64,000 nt of DNA from Spirochaetia bacterium (GTDB lineage Bacteria > Spirochaetota > Spirochaetia > DSM-2461): contig CAXXIA010000002.1 in assembly GCA_963666985.2 (NCBI GenBank), forward strand, positions 1,856,001 to 1,920,000. Direction: 5' to 3'. The notes beneath the pieces were generated by a model, which worked only from the letters and a program-made list of their open reading frames with translations, was not told where the DNA came from and did not search any database. This document shows, piece after piece, positions 52,935 through 61,464 of this stretch; the first letter of the stretch is position 1; the number at the start of each line of letters is the position of its first letter. A program made the position numbers and the translations under genes.

Positions 52935-53906
52935 TCATTCTGCTATTTCTATGGGACTTCTTACTAAATCTGTATTTTTGAAGCCTTTATTTTCTAAGAA
53001 AGATCTTAAACTTTGTTCTGTCCTTTTGGGATCAAGTGAATTTCCATAAGAAATTTTGCTAATAGGAATTTGAATAATTTCTGCATTCTTCTCATCATTA
53101 CTTATTTTTTTGTAAAAGCCCAACTCATGATATGGTATTAACAGATTATTTCTTTCCCGGAAATTTATACTTACATTATTCTGAGAGGGGTAGGACACAA
53201 TTCTCCATTCTTTTTCTTCATTAAATTCTTTTCTTTTGATGTATGGGATAATATATATTATTATGTCTTTCAAAAATTCTATTATCAATCTAAAACGGAT
53301 ATCTTCTTTTTTTGCATCATTTTTTATATTCTTTATCCTATCATATAATTCAACAACAGTATTATTTGTAATAGATAATATAAAATTTTTTTGTTCCTCA
53401 AATTCATATAATACTGGTTTGGGACTTAAACATGGTAAAAAATTCTTTCTTGTAATAGAATCATGATGTGGTCCTATAACAATACCATCTATATTGTTTA
53501 AGCAAAAACAATATCCTCTTCCGTTTTGCCCATATTCCCTCCATTGGCCTAGTAAATCGTCTTTTTCACAAAACGACGCTATATAGATTTCTGTATCTAA
53601 AATTTTGTAACTATTGATTCCCTTTTCAAGAGGAATTAGAATAACCTCCAATGCTAACTTTATGATTTCTTTATCACCAATATTATTTTCAATCACCTCT
53701 CTTACAACTTGTATCCCATATTCAATTTCATTTGGATCATTCAGAAAGCTATAGTGAGTAGCCCATAAACTATTAGTATCAACAATATTCTTTAGGCCGC
53801 TAGCTGTTGTATAGTGGTATAGCTTATTAATGTCTTTATTCTGAAAATATTTATCAACCTCATCAGAGATTTTATCAAGAAAATATAGATATTTCTCTTC
53901 AGCCAT
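52935..53906 (-). CDS. DUF2971 family protein
   Basis: LYHYT, LNDPNE, SFC...DLLGQWREYG, EEKEWR. Confidence 0.85.
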   Translation of the reverse strand: MAEEKYLYFLDKISDEVDKYFQNKDINKLYHYTTASGLKNIVDTNSLWATHYSFLNDPNEIEYGIQVVREVIENNIGDKEIIKLALEVILIPLEKGINSYKILDTEIYIASFCEKDDLLGQWREYGQNGRGYCFCLNNIDGIVIGPHHDSITRKNFLPCLSPKPVLYEFEEQKNFILSITNNTVVELYDRIKNIKNDAKKEDIRFRLIIEFLKDIIIYIIPYIKRKEFNEEKEWRIVSYPSQNNVSINFRERNNLLIPYHELGFYKKISNDEKNAEIIQIPISKISYGNSLDPKRTEQSLRSFLENKGFKNTDLVRSPIEIAE

Positions 53907-54036
53907 TTTTCATACCTTAATTCCAAGATATACTACTTTTTCATCACTTTCCCGATAAGTAATATATATATCGTAAAATACTGTAGTGGAATTCCCAGCT
54001 TTTGATAGACACTGCTAAACTCAAAATGAGGAAGGA

Positions 54037-54333
54037 GTGTACATCATGGGAAGTCCGCGATATTCGGACGAATTCAAGGCAGAAGCAGTCGGCCAGGTTG
54101 TTGAGCGGGGCTACTCCATCAAGGAAGTCTCTGAGCGTATAGGAGTCTCAACCCATAGCCTCTATAAGTGGCTGAAGGCCGATTCTCGAAATCCAAAAGC
54201 ACCAGAATCGGCAAAAGCAAATAAGGAGCTTGAAGTCGAGAATGCCAGGCTGAAAGCAGAGCTGCGGCGGGTGCAGGAAGAGCGAGATATCTTAAAAAAA
54301 GCCGCGGCATACTTCGCGAGTCAGTCCGAGTAA
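54037..54333 (+). CDS. IS3 OrfA
   Basis: Same protein as other copies. Confidence 0.92.
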   Translation: MYIMGSPRYSDEFKAEAVGQVVERGYSIKEVSERIGVSTHSLYKWLKADSRNPKAPESAKANKELEVENARLKAELRRVQEERDILKKAAAYFASQSE

Positions 54334-54371
54334 GATATGCCTTCATCAAAAACTACAGGGCTGAATTCAGA

Positions 54372-55190
54372 GTGAAGACTATGTGCCGGGTTCTCGATGT
54401 CAATCGAAGCGGATTCTATGCATGGTTGAGAAAACCTCAATCAGAGAGAAAGATTGAAGACATTCGGTTGTTGAAGAAGATTCGCCACTTCTACGAAGAA
54501 AGCGATCAGGTCTACGGAAGTCCACGAATCCATGAGGATTTGATGGAAGACGGAGAATCCTGCAGCGTCCATCGAGTAGCCAGAATCATGCGAGAGCATG
54601 GTATCAGGGCGATGGTCGGCTTCAAGATGCGTCGATTCAAGTATGGAAAACCGTCCCAGGCTGCCCCGAACCATCTCCAGCAGGACTTTAATGTAGAAGA
54701 ACCCGATACTGCGTGGACAACGGATATTACCTATATTCGAACTCATGAAGGTTGGCTGTATCTCGCAGTTGTCATGGATCTTTATTCCAGGAGAATCATC
54801 GGCTGGTCCATGCAGAACACGCTTCATCGTGATCTGGTTATCCAGGCCTTACTGACAGCTGTTTGGAAGAGACGCCCGAAAAACAAAGTCCTTATCCATT
54901 CCGATCAGGGCGGCCAATTTGACAGCGGTGACTGGATTAGATTCTGTCGTGACAACGGACTGAAGAGAAGTATGAGCCGTCGTGGAAACTGCTGGGACAA
55001 TGCAGCCATGGAATCATTCTTTGGTAGTTTGAAGAAGGAACGGATTCGCCGGAAGACATATCGAACAAGGGATGAAGCACGGTCTGATGTGTTCGATTAT
55101 ATTGAAGCATTTTACAACCGGAAGCGTCGCCACAAGCATCTTGGCGGGATCTCTCCGGTTGAATTTGAAAAGGGTTCTATTGCAAGCTAG
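54372..55190 (+). CDS. IS3 OrfB transposase
   Basis: Same protein as other copies. Confidence 0.92.
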   Translation: MKTMCRVLDVNRSGFYAWLRKPQSERKIEDIRLLKKIRHFYEESDQVYGSPRIHEDLMEDGESCSVHRVARIMREHGIRAMVGFKMRRFKYGKPSQAAPNHLQQDFNVEEPDTAWTTDITYIRTHEGWLYLAVVMDLYSRRIIGWSMQNTLHRDLVIQALLTAVWKRRPKNKVLIHSDQGGQFDSGDWIRFCRDNGLKRSMSRRGNCWDNAAMESFFGSLKKERIRRKTYRTRDEARSDVFDYIEAFYNRKRRHKHLGGISPVEFEKGSIAS

Positions 55191-55381
55191 AGGTGTCTAT
55201 AGAAGTCTGGGAATTCCATAGAACCGTATTAAGCAGTATAACACGGTTCATTCTTGGAAAGTATAATATTGGGAAAGAAACTTGTTGCCCGATATGGCCT
55301 ACTTTTATCCGTCCATAGTCCTCTGAATCACGTCCTGTGATTCAGAGGAAATATTTATTGGTCCTATTGCCAGATTTCGTC

Positions 55382-55595
55382 GTAAAACAGCTGTTGATGC
55401 GCTCCGGCCGATAAAGGTGTTTACCGGCCTTCGGGGCTTCGCCCAAATTTCGTTTTGGCGATGGCTCTTGCAAATGTGTCTCCAGAAGTGATGTGATAAG
55501 CTGAAGAGCGAACGGGCTTTCTGTTAAAGTGCAAGAGCACATGCCAACCGGCTTCGCCGGACACGAAACGTTCGCATAACAGCGAGCCGTTTGAT
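55382..55595 (+). repeat. attC-like site 31
   Basis: GTAAAAC...GTTTGAT. Confidence 0.9.
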
Positions 55596-55845
55596 GAACT
55601 TTTCGTTTTGAAGTCGTTTTATCTTGTTTGAATCATTGGGAATGATTTTCTTATTGTGAAAATGATATTTTTTATGCCAGCGAATTTATGCAAATTATAC
55701 GGTAATCAAATTTTGATTCTTTTTAAGAATCTTCGTTAAGGATCTCCCCAGTATTTTACTTCAATTCCAATATCTTCAAGAAGAGCCGTAACTCCAAGTT
55801 GATCGGCGCAAGTCTTACACGCAGAAACCTTTGCACCATTTTTGC

Positions 55846-56226
55846 TTAATTTCTACCCAATTGAATCATCTTAATAATTTCTTCTTCCGTTACCGGTATA
55901 TCATAATCTCCTGTAAGTTTCCCAGGATAGTGATACGCAATCCCCTCTTTCTCATTTCTTTCGAGACAATCTAAAAGCTGTTCAGTGCTATTATTCTTAA
56001 TAAATCTGGCAAATGCTCTTATTCGTATTTTATCCAGCATACTTCCATTACATGGAAATTCATCGCATTCCCAACAACCATTGAGTTCTCTTTCTTTGCA
56101 ACAGCGAAGATTTTTACACCATTCCTTATTTGCACAACCATCATTACGGCAACCAAGACAATCTGCATTCTCACTGCAAACAGCACAACCAAGACCGCAA
56201 TATGCAATGCCTTTTTGTCTATCCAT
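55846..56226 (-). CDS. DUF3795-like Cys-rich protein
   Basis: AYCGLGCAVC...CLGC...CC...GCWECDEFPC. Confidence 0.82.
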   Translation of the reverse strand: MDRQKGIAYCGLGCAVCSENADCLGCRNDGCANKEWCKNLRCCKERELNGCWECDEFPCNGSMLDKIRIRAFARFIKNNSTEQLLDCLERNEKEGIAYHYPGKLTGDYDIPVTEEEIIKMIQLGRN

Positions 56227-56254
56227 ACACTTTATCTCTTTTAAGAAATCTGGA

Positions 56255-56581
56255 TTATCGTAATTGACGATTCAACAAAATATCTTCAACATTTCTGCGT
56301 CCGTCCATGACGGCCATAATAAAAATCTTTTGTTGTTCTATCCGGTAAATCACTCGCCATGGAGAGATAATAATCTCACGATATCGATAAACATTCAGAT
56401 CCTTCAATTCGGGAACAACGCGCCCGTGCTGTGGGAAGTCCGCCAGTCTGGATACTTCGGATTCGATTTTATCAAGAATCTTGAAAGCAATGGTACTTGA
56501 GTCTATTTTGATATACTCAATGATTTCAAAGAGATCTTCACGGGCAGTTTTTGTCCAGAAAATCCGAAACGGTTTAGGCAT
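56255..56581 (-). CDS. RelE/ParE toxin
   Basis: AREDLFEIIEYI...GRVVPEL...RVIYR. Confidence 0.9.
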   Translation of the reverse strand: MPKPFRIFWTKTAREDLFEIIEYIKIDSSTIAFKILDKIESEVSRLADFPQHGRVVPELKDLNVYRYREIIISPWRVIYRIEQQKIFIMAVMDGRRNVEDILLNRQLR

Positions 56582-56849
56582 TTTCTAAAAGGTTCCGAGC
56601 GTCTTGAAAGACTGAGGCATGTTCTACAAGTTCGTTGTTTTCGATATCTCTTTCGCCTGTAGCCATAAGTTTAAGAATCCCAAGGCTATTTCTCATATCT
56701 TGATAAGACTTTGTATCCATAAGGACAGCTTTCGCTTCACCATTTTGAGTTATCACAATAGGGCTATGAGTTTCATTAACGCGTTTGAGCATATCGGCGG
56801 CATTCGTCTTGATATATGAAATTGGCTTAATATCTTCCGAAACATTCAT
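56574..56849 (-). CDS. Phd/YefM antitoxin
   Basis: IKPISYIK...PIVITQNGEAKAVL. Confidence 0.9.
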   Translation of the reverse strand: MNVSEDIKPISYIKTNAADMLKRVNETHSPIVITQNGEAKAVLMDTKSYQDMRNSLGILKLMATGERDIENNELVEHASVFQDARNLLENA

Positions 56850-56933
56850 AGTGTTCTCCTAACCTATCTAGTCTTTATATGTTACTCCAAAAAGACTGGC
56901 GAGGCAATGTGAGAGTGTGAGTAGGAAAAGTTC

Positions 56934-57141
56934 ATCAAACAGCTGTTGATGCGCTCCGGCCGCTAAAGGTGTTTAGCGGCCTTCGGGGCTTCGCCCAAAT
57001 TTGCCTCTATCACAGATTTTGCGTAAGACTTTCGCTGTGGTAAGATGAGTTGTAGTTAGCGGATGAGATTGTGAAGATTCGCAAAATCTCCGCCAGTCGC
57101 TTCGCGAACGGCAAACTTCGCATACCAGCAGAACGTTATAA
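56934..57141 (+). repeat. attC-like site 32
   Basis: ATCAAAC...GTTATAA. Confidence 0.9.
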
Positions 57142-57349
57142 GCCATTTTTCTGTATAGATTTATATGTAACAAATAAGAATAACAAATAGCGCCAGATGG
57201 ATTATTCGCAAAAGGAGAACGCGCGATAGCTATAAGGCGGTCCTTGAAGTATACTAAGTATACAGAAATTGCTTCTCTTCACACTTCATTTGGCATTTAC
57301 TCTCTTCTGAGTTGAGGAGATTACGATTTTGAACAAAGGAGGAGTGAAA

Positions 57350-58243
57350 ATGAGGATCGGGACGTTCAATGTAGAGAATCTATTTGCGAGGTATAGATTT
57401 AACAGCAACTTTGATCCGATTAATAGCGATGGATTTTCAATAAATAATCTTGCTTTTAGCATTAACGATGAAACTGCAAAACAAATAACCGCAAAGGCAA
57501 TACGAGAAGTAGATGCTGATATCTTAGCATTACAGGAAGTTGATAATCTAAAAGTTCTTGATCGATTTGTTTCAAGCTATCTTGCAAAAGAAAAGTATAA
57601 GCATCGGATATTGATTGATGCATTTGATCCAAGAAATATCGATGTTGCACTCATTTCTAGATATCCAATTAAGAATGTAAAAACTTATAGGTCTGAAAGA
57701 AATAGATCAAATACTGCGAGTCTTTTCTCAAGAGATTGTCTTGAGGTTGTGATTGATGCTGAAGGAAAAGAATTGACGGTATATGTTAATCATTTCAAAT
57801 CAATGTTAGGTGGTCGTGATAATACTTTTACTAGGAGAAAAGAACAAGTTGAAAAAGTTGCTGAAATTATAAAGGAAGCATGGCAGATAAAGAACTACGA
57901 AGGCAACTATGCAGTAGTCGGTGATTTTAATGATTATTTAGAAGGCCGGACCTCGCTGACTGATTTGATTACACATCCAGGATTGAAGAATGTCAGTGAA
58001 CGTATTTTAGAATCAGAAAGATGGACTCACTTTTGGGCCGGTGGCAATGAATATAGACAATTAGATTTCATACTACTATCCCCTCAGTTGGCCGAAATAA
58101 ATAATAATGCTCCAGACATAATGAGAATGGGGCTTCCTTATCGAGCCGAAAAATATTCTGGAGATCGGTTTGATTTCGTTGGAGAAAACACTCCAAAGGC
58201 GTCTGATCATTGTCCTATTGTCATGGATATAGAATTAGTTTAG
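57350..58243 (+). CDS. Endonuclease/exonuclease/phosphatase (EEP) protein
   Basis: TFNVEN, LQEV, NHFKS, GDFND, SDHCP. Confidence 0.9.
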   Translation: MRIGTFNVENLFARYRFNSNFDPINSDGFSINNLAFSINDETAKQITAKAIREVDADILALQEVDNLKVLDRFVSSYLAKEKYKHRILIDAFDPRNIDVALISRYPIKNVKTYRSERNRSNTASLFSRDCLEVVIDAEGKELTVYVNHFKSMLGGRDNTFTRRKEQVEKVAEIIKEAWQIKNYEGNYAVVGDFNDYLEGRTSLTDLITHPGLKNVSERILESERWTHFWAGGNEYRQLDFILLSPQLAEINNNAPDIMRMGLPYRAEKYSGDRFDFVGENTPKASDHCPIVMDIELV

Positions 58244-58289
58244 ATCGTAAAAGGAATTAGGATAGGTAATACTACTCAGACAAAATGGC

Positions 58290-58507
58290 TTATAACAGCT
58301 GTTGATGCGCTCCGGCCGCTAAAAGTGTTTAGCGGCCTCCGGGGCTTCGCCCAAATTTCGTTTTGGCATGGCGTCTTGCAGATGCAGATCCAGAAGTGAT
58401 GTGATACAGTCAAAGGCGAACATGGTGTTGCTGTAGAAGAGCAAGAGCACATGCCAACCGGCTTTCAGCCGGACACGAAACGTTCGCATAACAGCGGGCC
58501 GTTTGAT
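58290..58507 (+). repeat. attC-like site 33
   Basis: TTATAAC...GTTTGAT. Confidence 0.9.
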
Positions 58508-58742
58508 GACAGAATTAATTTAGGAAATAGTTTTTCTCATTTTTAAAAAAAGAGAAGGCAATTCCCCGTACAAATATCAATTTAAATTCGTGAAAAGCTC
58601 TGAAAGTTTTTGAGAAAAATCAAAGTGTTCCAGTTGTCGAGGTTGTTTCTCCTGATATGAGTCTTGTTCAGTTGAATAAGAACAAGAGAGCCTTTTCACG
58701 GTGTTTGATCTTTATGGGCTTTGCTTAATTCCGTCATCAAAC
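58501..58742. other. ORF-less cassette N2
   Basis: Homologous to 40547-40789. Confidence 0.8.
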
Positions 58743-58810
58743 AGCTGTTGATGTCAACACCGACGAAACATTTCCGGATTTCACCGATTTAGTTTTTCCG
58801 GTTTTGGGCG

Positions 58811-59575
58811 TCAAAGGAAGTCAACGACTCCCGCTTTCAACCGATCCTTCATTCGGTACGAGTCTCCTTGAAGACTCAGGATATGAGCATGGTGAAGCAG
58901 ACGGTCCAGGGTTGCACTGGCAACAGCCTCATCACTCATTATCTCCGCCCATCTGCCAAATGGCTTGTTCGTCGTAATGATCATACTCCCCTGTTCATAC
59001 CGGGCATTCACAACCTGGAAGAAAAGATTAGCCTGTTCGGGTGTCAGCTTCTCGTAACCGACTTCATCGATGAGAAGCAGGTGCGGTTTTCGGAGCCATA
59101 CCAGCCGACGCTTGAGCCGGTTGTTCTCTCGGGCAAGAACCAGGTTCTCAATGAGGTCGATGCAGGTGGTATGGTAGGTGGTGAATCCCTCCATGCAGGC
59201 CTTGTGCCCCAGGGCCAGCATCAGATGAGATTTTCCCAGGCCGCTGGGACCCATGAGAATGACGTTCTCCTTTCGCTCGATGAAGGCCAGAGAGGAGAGC
59301 TCGTCAAACTGGCGGTTGGTGATACCACCTTTGAGCCACCCCCTGTCGAAGTCTTCCAGCCTTTTCACTGCCGGCATTCCTGAAAGCTTCAAGCGGCTCT
59401 TGGCGCTCCGTTCTTTACGGGGGATGTATTCAAGTTCCATCAAGTCGGCAACGATATCCAGTACCGTCTGTTCCTGCCGGCGGGGTTCTGCCAGGAAGGA
59501 TTCCAGTCCTGCGGACATGAAACTCATACCCAGCGAATTCATTCTCTCGGTGACGGTCTCAAGTTTGATATTCAT
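58811..59575 (-). CDS. istB: IstB AAA+ helper
   Basis: GPSGLGKS, LLIDEVGY, LDRLLHH. Confidence 0.93.
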   Translation of the reverse strand: MNIKLETVTERMNSLGMSFMSAGLESFLAEPRRQEQTVLDIVADLMELEYIPRKERSAKSRLKLSGMPAVKRLEDFDRGWLKGGITNRQFDELSSLAFIERKENVILMGPSGLGKSHLMLALGHKACMEGFTTYHTTCIDLIENLVLARENNRLKRRLVWLRKPHLLLIDEVGYEKLTPEQANLFFQVVNARYEQGSMIITTNKPFGRWAEIMSDEAVASATLDRLLHHAHILSLQGDSYRMKDRLKAGVVDFL

Positions 59576-60825
59576 ACCGAGACTCCCACAGCGACAAAGC
59601 GCTCATAGTAGGCAGGATTTCTGATATCGACGATGGTCTGCTCATCTTGTTGCTTCCGGACTGGTTTTTTCGCCGACTTCTTACGCTGCTTCTCCCACAG
59701 GGTAAAGAGTGCTTCCCGATCTTCATTGCGGATATCCTTCTGCCGGGAGCCAGCTGGAAGGAGATTGAATAGCCGTATGGAAACCTTCCCATTGAGGATT
59801 TCCCCCTGCATGGAAAGCGCATCGATTTTCAGCGTCAGCTTCTTACCAACCAATACAGGCGGCACGCTGTACTTGTTAGTCTTGTAGGTGACTGAGCCTT
59901 CTCGACTGACAATGAGCTGAATGCTGTCACGGTAGTCAAAAGCTCCCTCTGGCGGTGCCGGTTGCAGGAAGGATTTCTCCACCTCATATCGCTGGGCACG
60001 ACTTTCCTGGTAGTCCCGGAGCTCTTTCTGCTGAACTTCAGTCAGCCAGGGCAGAATGGCGTCATTGAGTTCTTCGATCGTCTTCAGGCCACTACGCCGT
60101 GCCTGAGAAAGGAAGTTACCCGAAAGGTAGTCGATGAACCTCTCTACTTTTCCTTTGGTCTGGGGACGCCTGACGGCGCATCGTCTTGGAGAGAAACCGT
60201 AGGAGGAAGCGAACTCCAGTAACCGGGAGTTGGTCTTCCACTCTTCTCCGTCGTGGACCCATGCTGTTTTCATGTTGTCGTACAATACAGTCTGAGGAAC
60301 ACCGCCAAAATACTCAAAGGCTTTCTGGTGGCAGGCCAGCAGTGTGCCGCTGGTCATATCGGTGGTGAATCTCACATAGGGAGTCCGGCTGTAGCCGAGG
60401 ACCATGACGAAGGCGTAGACGCCTCGCCAGTGTTCCTTCGGCAATATCTTCCAGTCCATCTGTGCCTGGTAGCCGGCCTGGGTTTCGAAGCGGCGAACTA
60501 CTTCTCTCTGAATCTCATCTCGGGTCTCTTTGGCGAAATCACGGAGGATGGTGATTCCTCCGGTGTAACCCATGGCGCAAAGATTCTTATAAAGCACCTC
60601 GCAATTGAAGAGCGGTTCCTCCTCAAGTACACTGCGAATATGGGATTTGAAGTGGTCGAGCTTGCTCTTCCGTTTCTTCCTGGGGCTCATTTTGGGACTG
60701 TGTCCGCTGAGGTAATTTCGAACCGTTCGGTCGGTAACGCCGAGTATTTCGGCGATTCGGTACTGCTTGTACCCTTCCTTGGCCAGCACTTGAGCCTGGT
60801 GCATGCGTTTCTCCTGGAGCTTCAC
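59572..60825 (-). CDS. istA: IstA transposase
   Basis: QAQMDW, YDNMKT, PQTKGKVER. Confidence 0.93.
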   Translation of the reverse strand: MKLQEKRMHQAQVLAKEGYKQYRIAEILGVTDRTVRNYLSGHSPKMSPRKKRKSKLDHFKSHIRSVLEEEPLFNCEVLYKNLCAMGYTGGITILRDFAKETRDEIQREVVRRFETQAGYQAQMDWKILPKEHWRGVYAFVMVLGYSRTPYVRFTTDMTSGTLLACHQKAFEYFGGVPQTVLYDNMKTAWVHDGEEWKTNSRLLEFASSYGFSPRRCAVRRPQTKGKVERFIDYLSGNFLSQARRSGLKTIEELNDAILPWLTEVQQKELRDYQESRAQRYEVEKSFLQPAPPEGAFDYRDSIQLIVSREGSVTYKTNKYSVPPVLVGKKLTLKIDALSMQGEILNGKVSIRLFNLLPAGSRQKDIRNEDREALFTLWEKQRKKSAKKPVRKQQDEQTIVDIRNPAYYERFVAVGVSV

Positions 60826-61200
60826 GGGCAGTGTCCTTTTCGATGGGTGTATGGTTACTCCATCTTAGGGATACTCGCCCGTTTTTATTGGCTCAAAACC
60901 GGAAATCTTATTCCGGTGTTTTCAGGAAATTTATCACCGGTGCTGACAGTTGATACGCTCCGGCCGCTAAATCTCTTTAGCGGCCTTCGGGCCGAGAAGA
61001 TGGTTATTAGTTGAGTGTTATGATATTTGCCAAGAGGAAATGAGATTGAAACGGCTCGGCCAAATTTCGCTTTGGCTGCTTTTGTTGAGATGTCTTGGTT
61101 CGTAATCTGTGGTAATGTTAAAAGCGAGCGGAGGTTCTGGTAATACCGTGGGGCAGCCAACCGGCTCCGCCGGACGCGAAACTTCGTATACCAGCAGACC

Positions 61201-61312
61201 GTTTTACGAAAAAATCCAAAGGCCTTTTACCGTGGCGGCGTCCGTGCCGCCACGAATAGTTTCATGTAAGGAAATAGGGTTATTTGAAGTTAAGAAGATT
61301 CGTAAAAATAAC
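61201..61312. other. Near-empty cassette (chassis only)
   Basis: Leader nearly the same as at 44950 and 52675 but no cargo gene. Confidence 0.7.
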
Positions 61313-61440
61313 GCCCGCATCAGCTGCAAGTTCGTCCCGAAGGGTTGGCGCGATTTTTGAGTAAAGGAACGATTAGTTCCGTAACGGCCGAAGGCAAAAA
61401 TCGTGACAAAGAAATTGTCAGTTGCATGCGTTTGTTATGC
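61306..61440 (-). repeat. Canonical (foreign-type) attC
   Basis: Minus strand GCATAAC-AAACGCATGCAACTGAC...GCAGCTGATGCGGGC-GTTAT, 135 bp. Confidence 0.85.
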
Positions 61441-61464
61441 ATTCTTTTCAAAGTCAGACAAATT

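Larger units (their letters stand above)
53987..55218 (+). mobile_element. IS3-family element A, copy 3
   Basis: TAG target duplication. Confidence 0.93.
58752..60948 (-). mobile_element. IS21-family element
   Basis: TGTCAACACCG / CGGTGCTGACA ends, GTTGA duplication. Confidence 0.93.
58736..61207 (+). repeat. attC-like site 34 (N2-linked type), split by IS21
   Basis: ATCAAACAGCTGTTGA [IS21] GTTGATACGCTCC...GTTTTAC. Confidence 0.88.

Noticed and set aside
3052..61207. CRISPR array interpretation of the recurring repeat
   Set aside because: Repeats exceed 200 bp, intervening units are 0.1-5 kb and gene-bearing, and no cas genes are present
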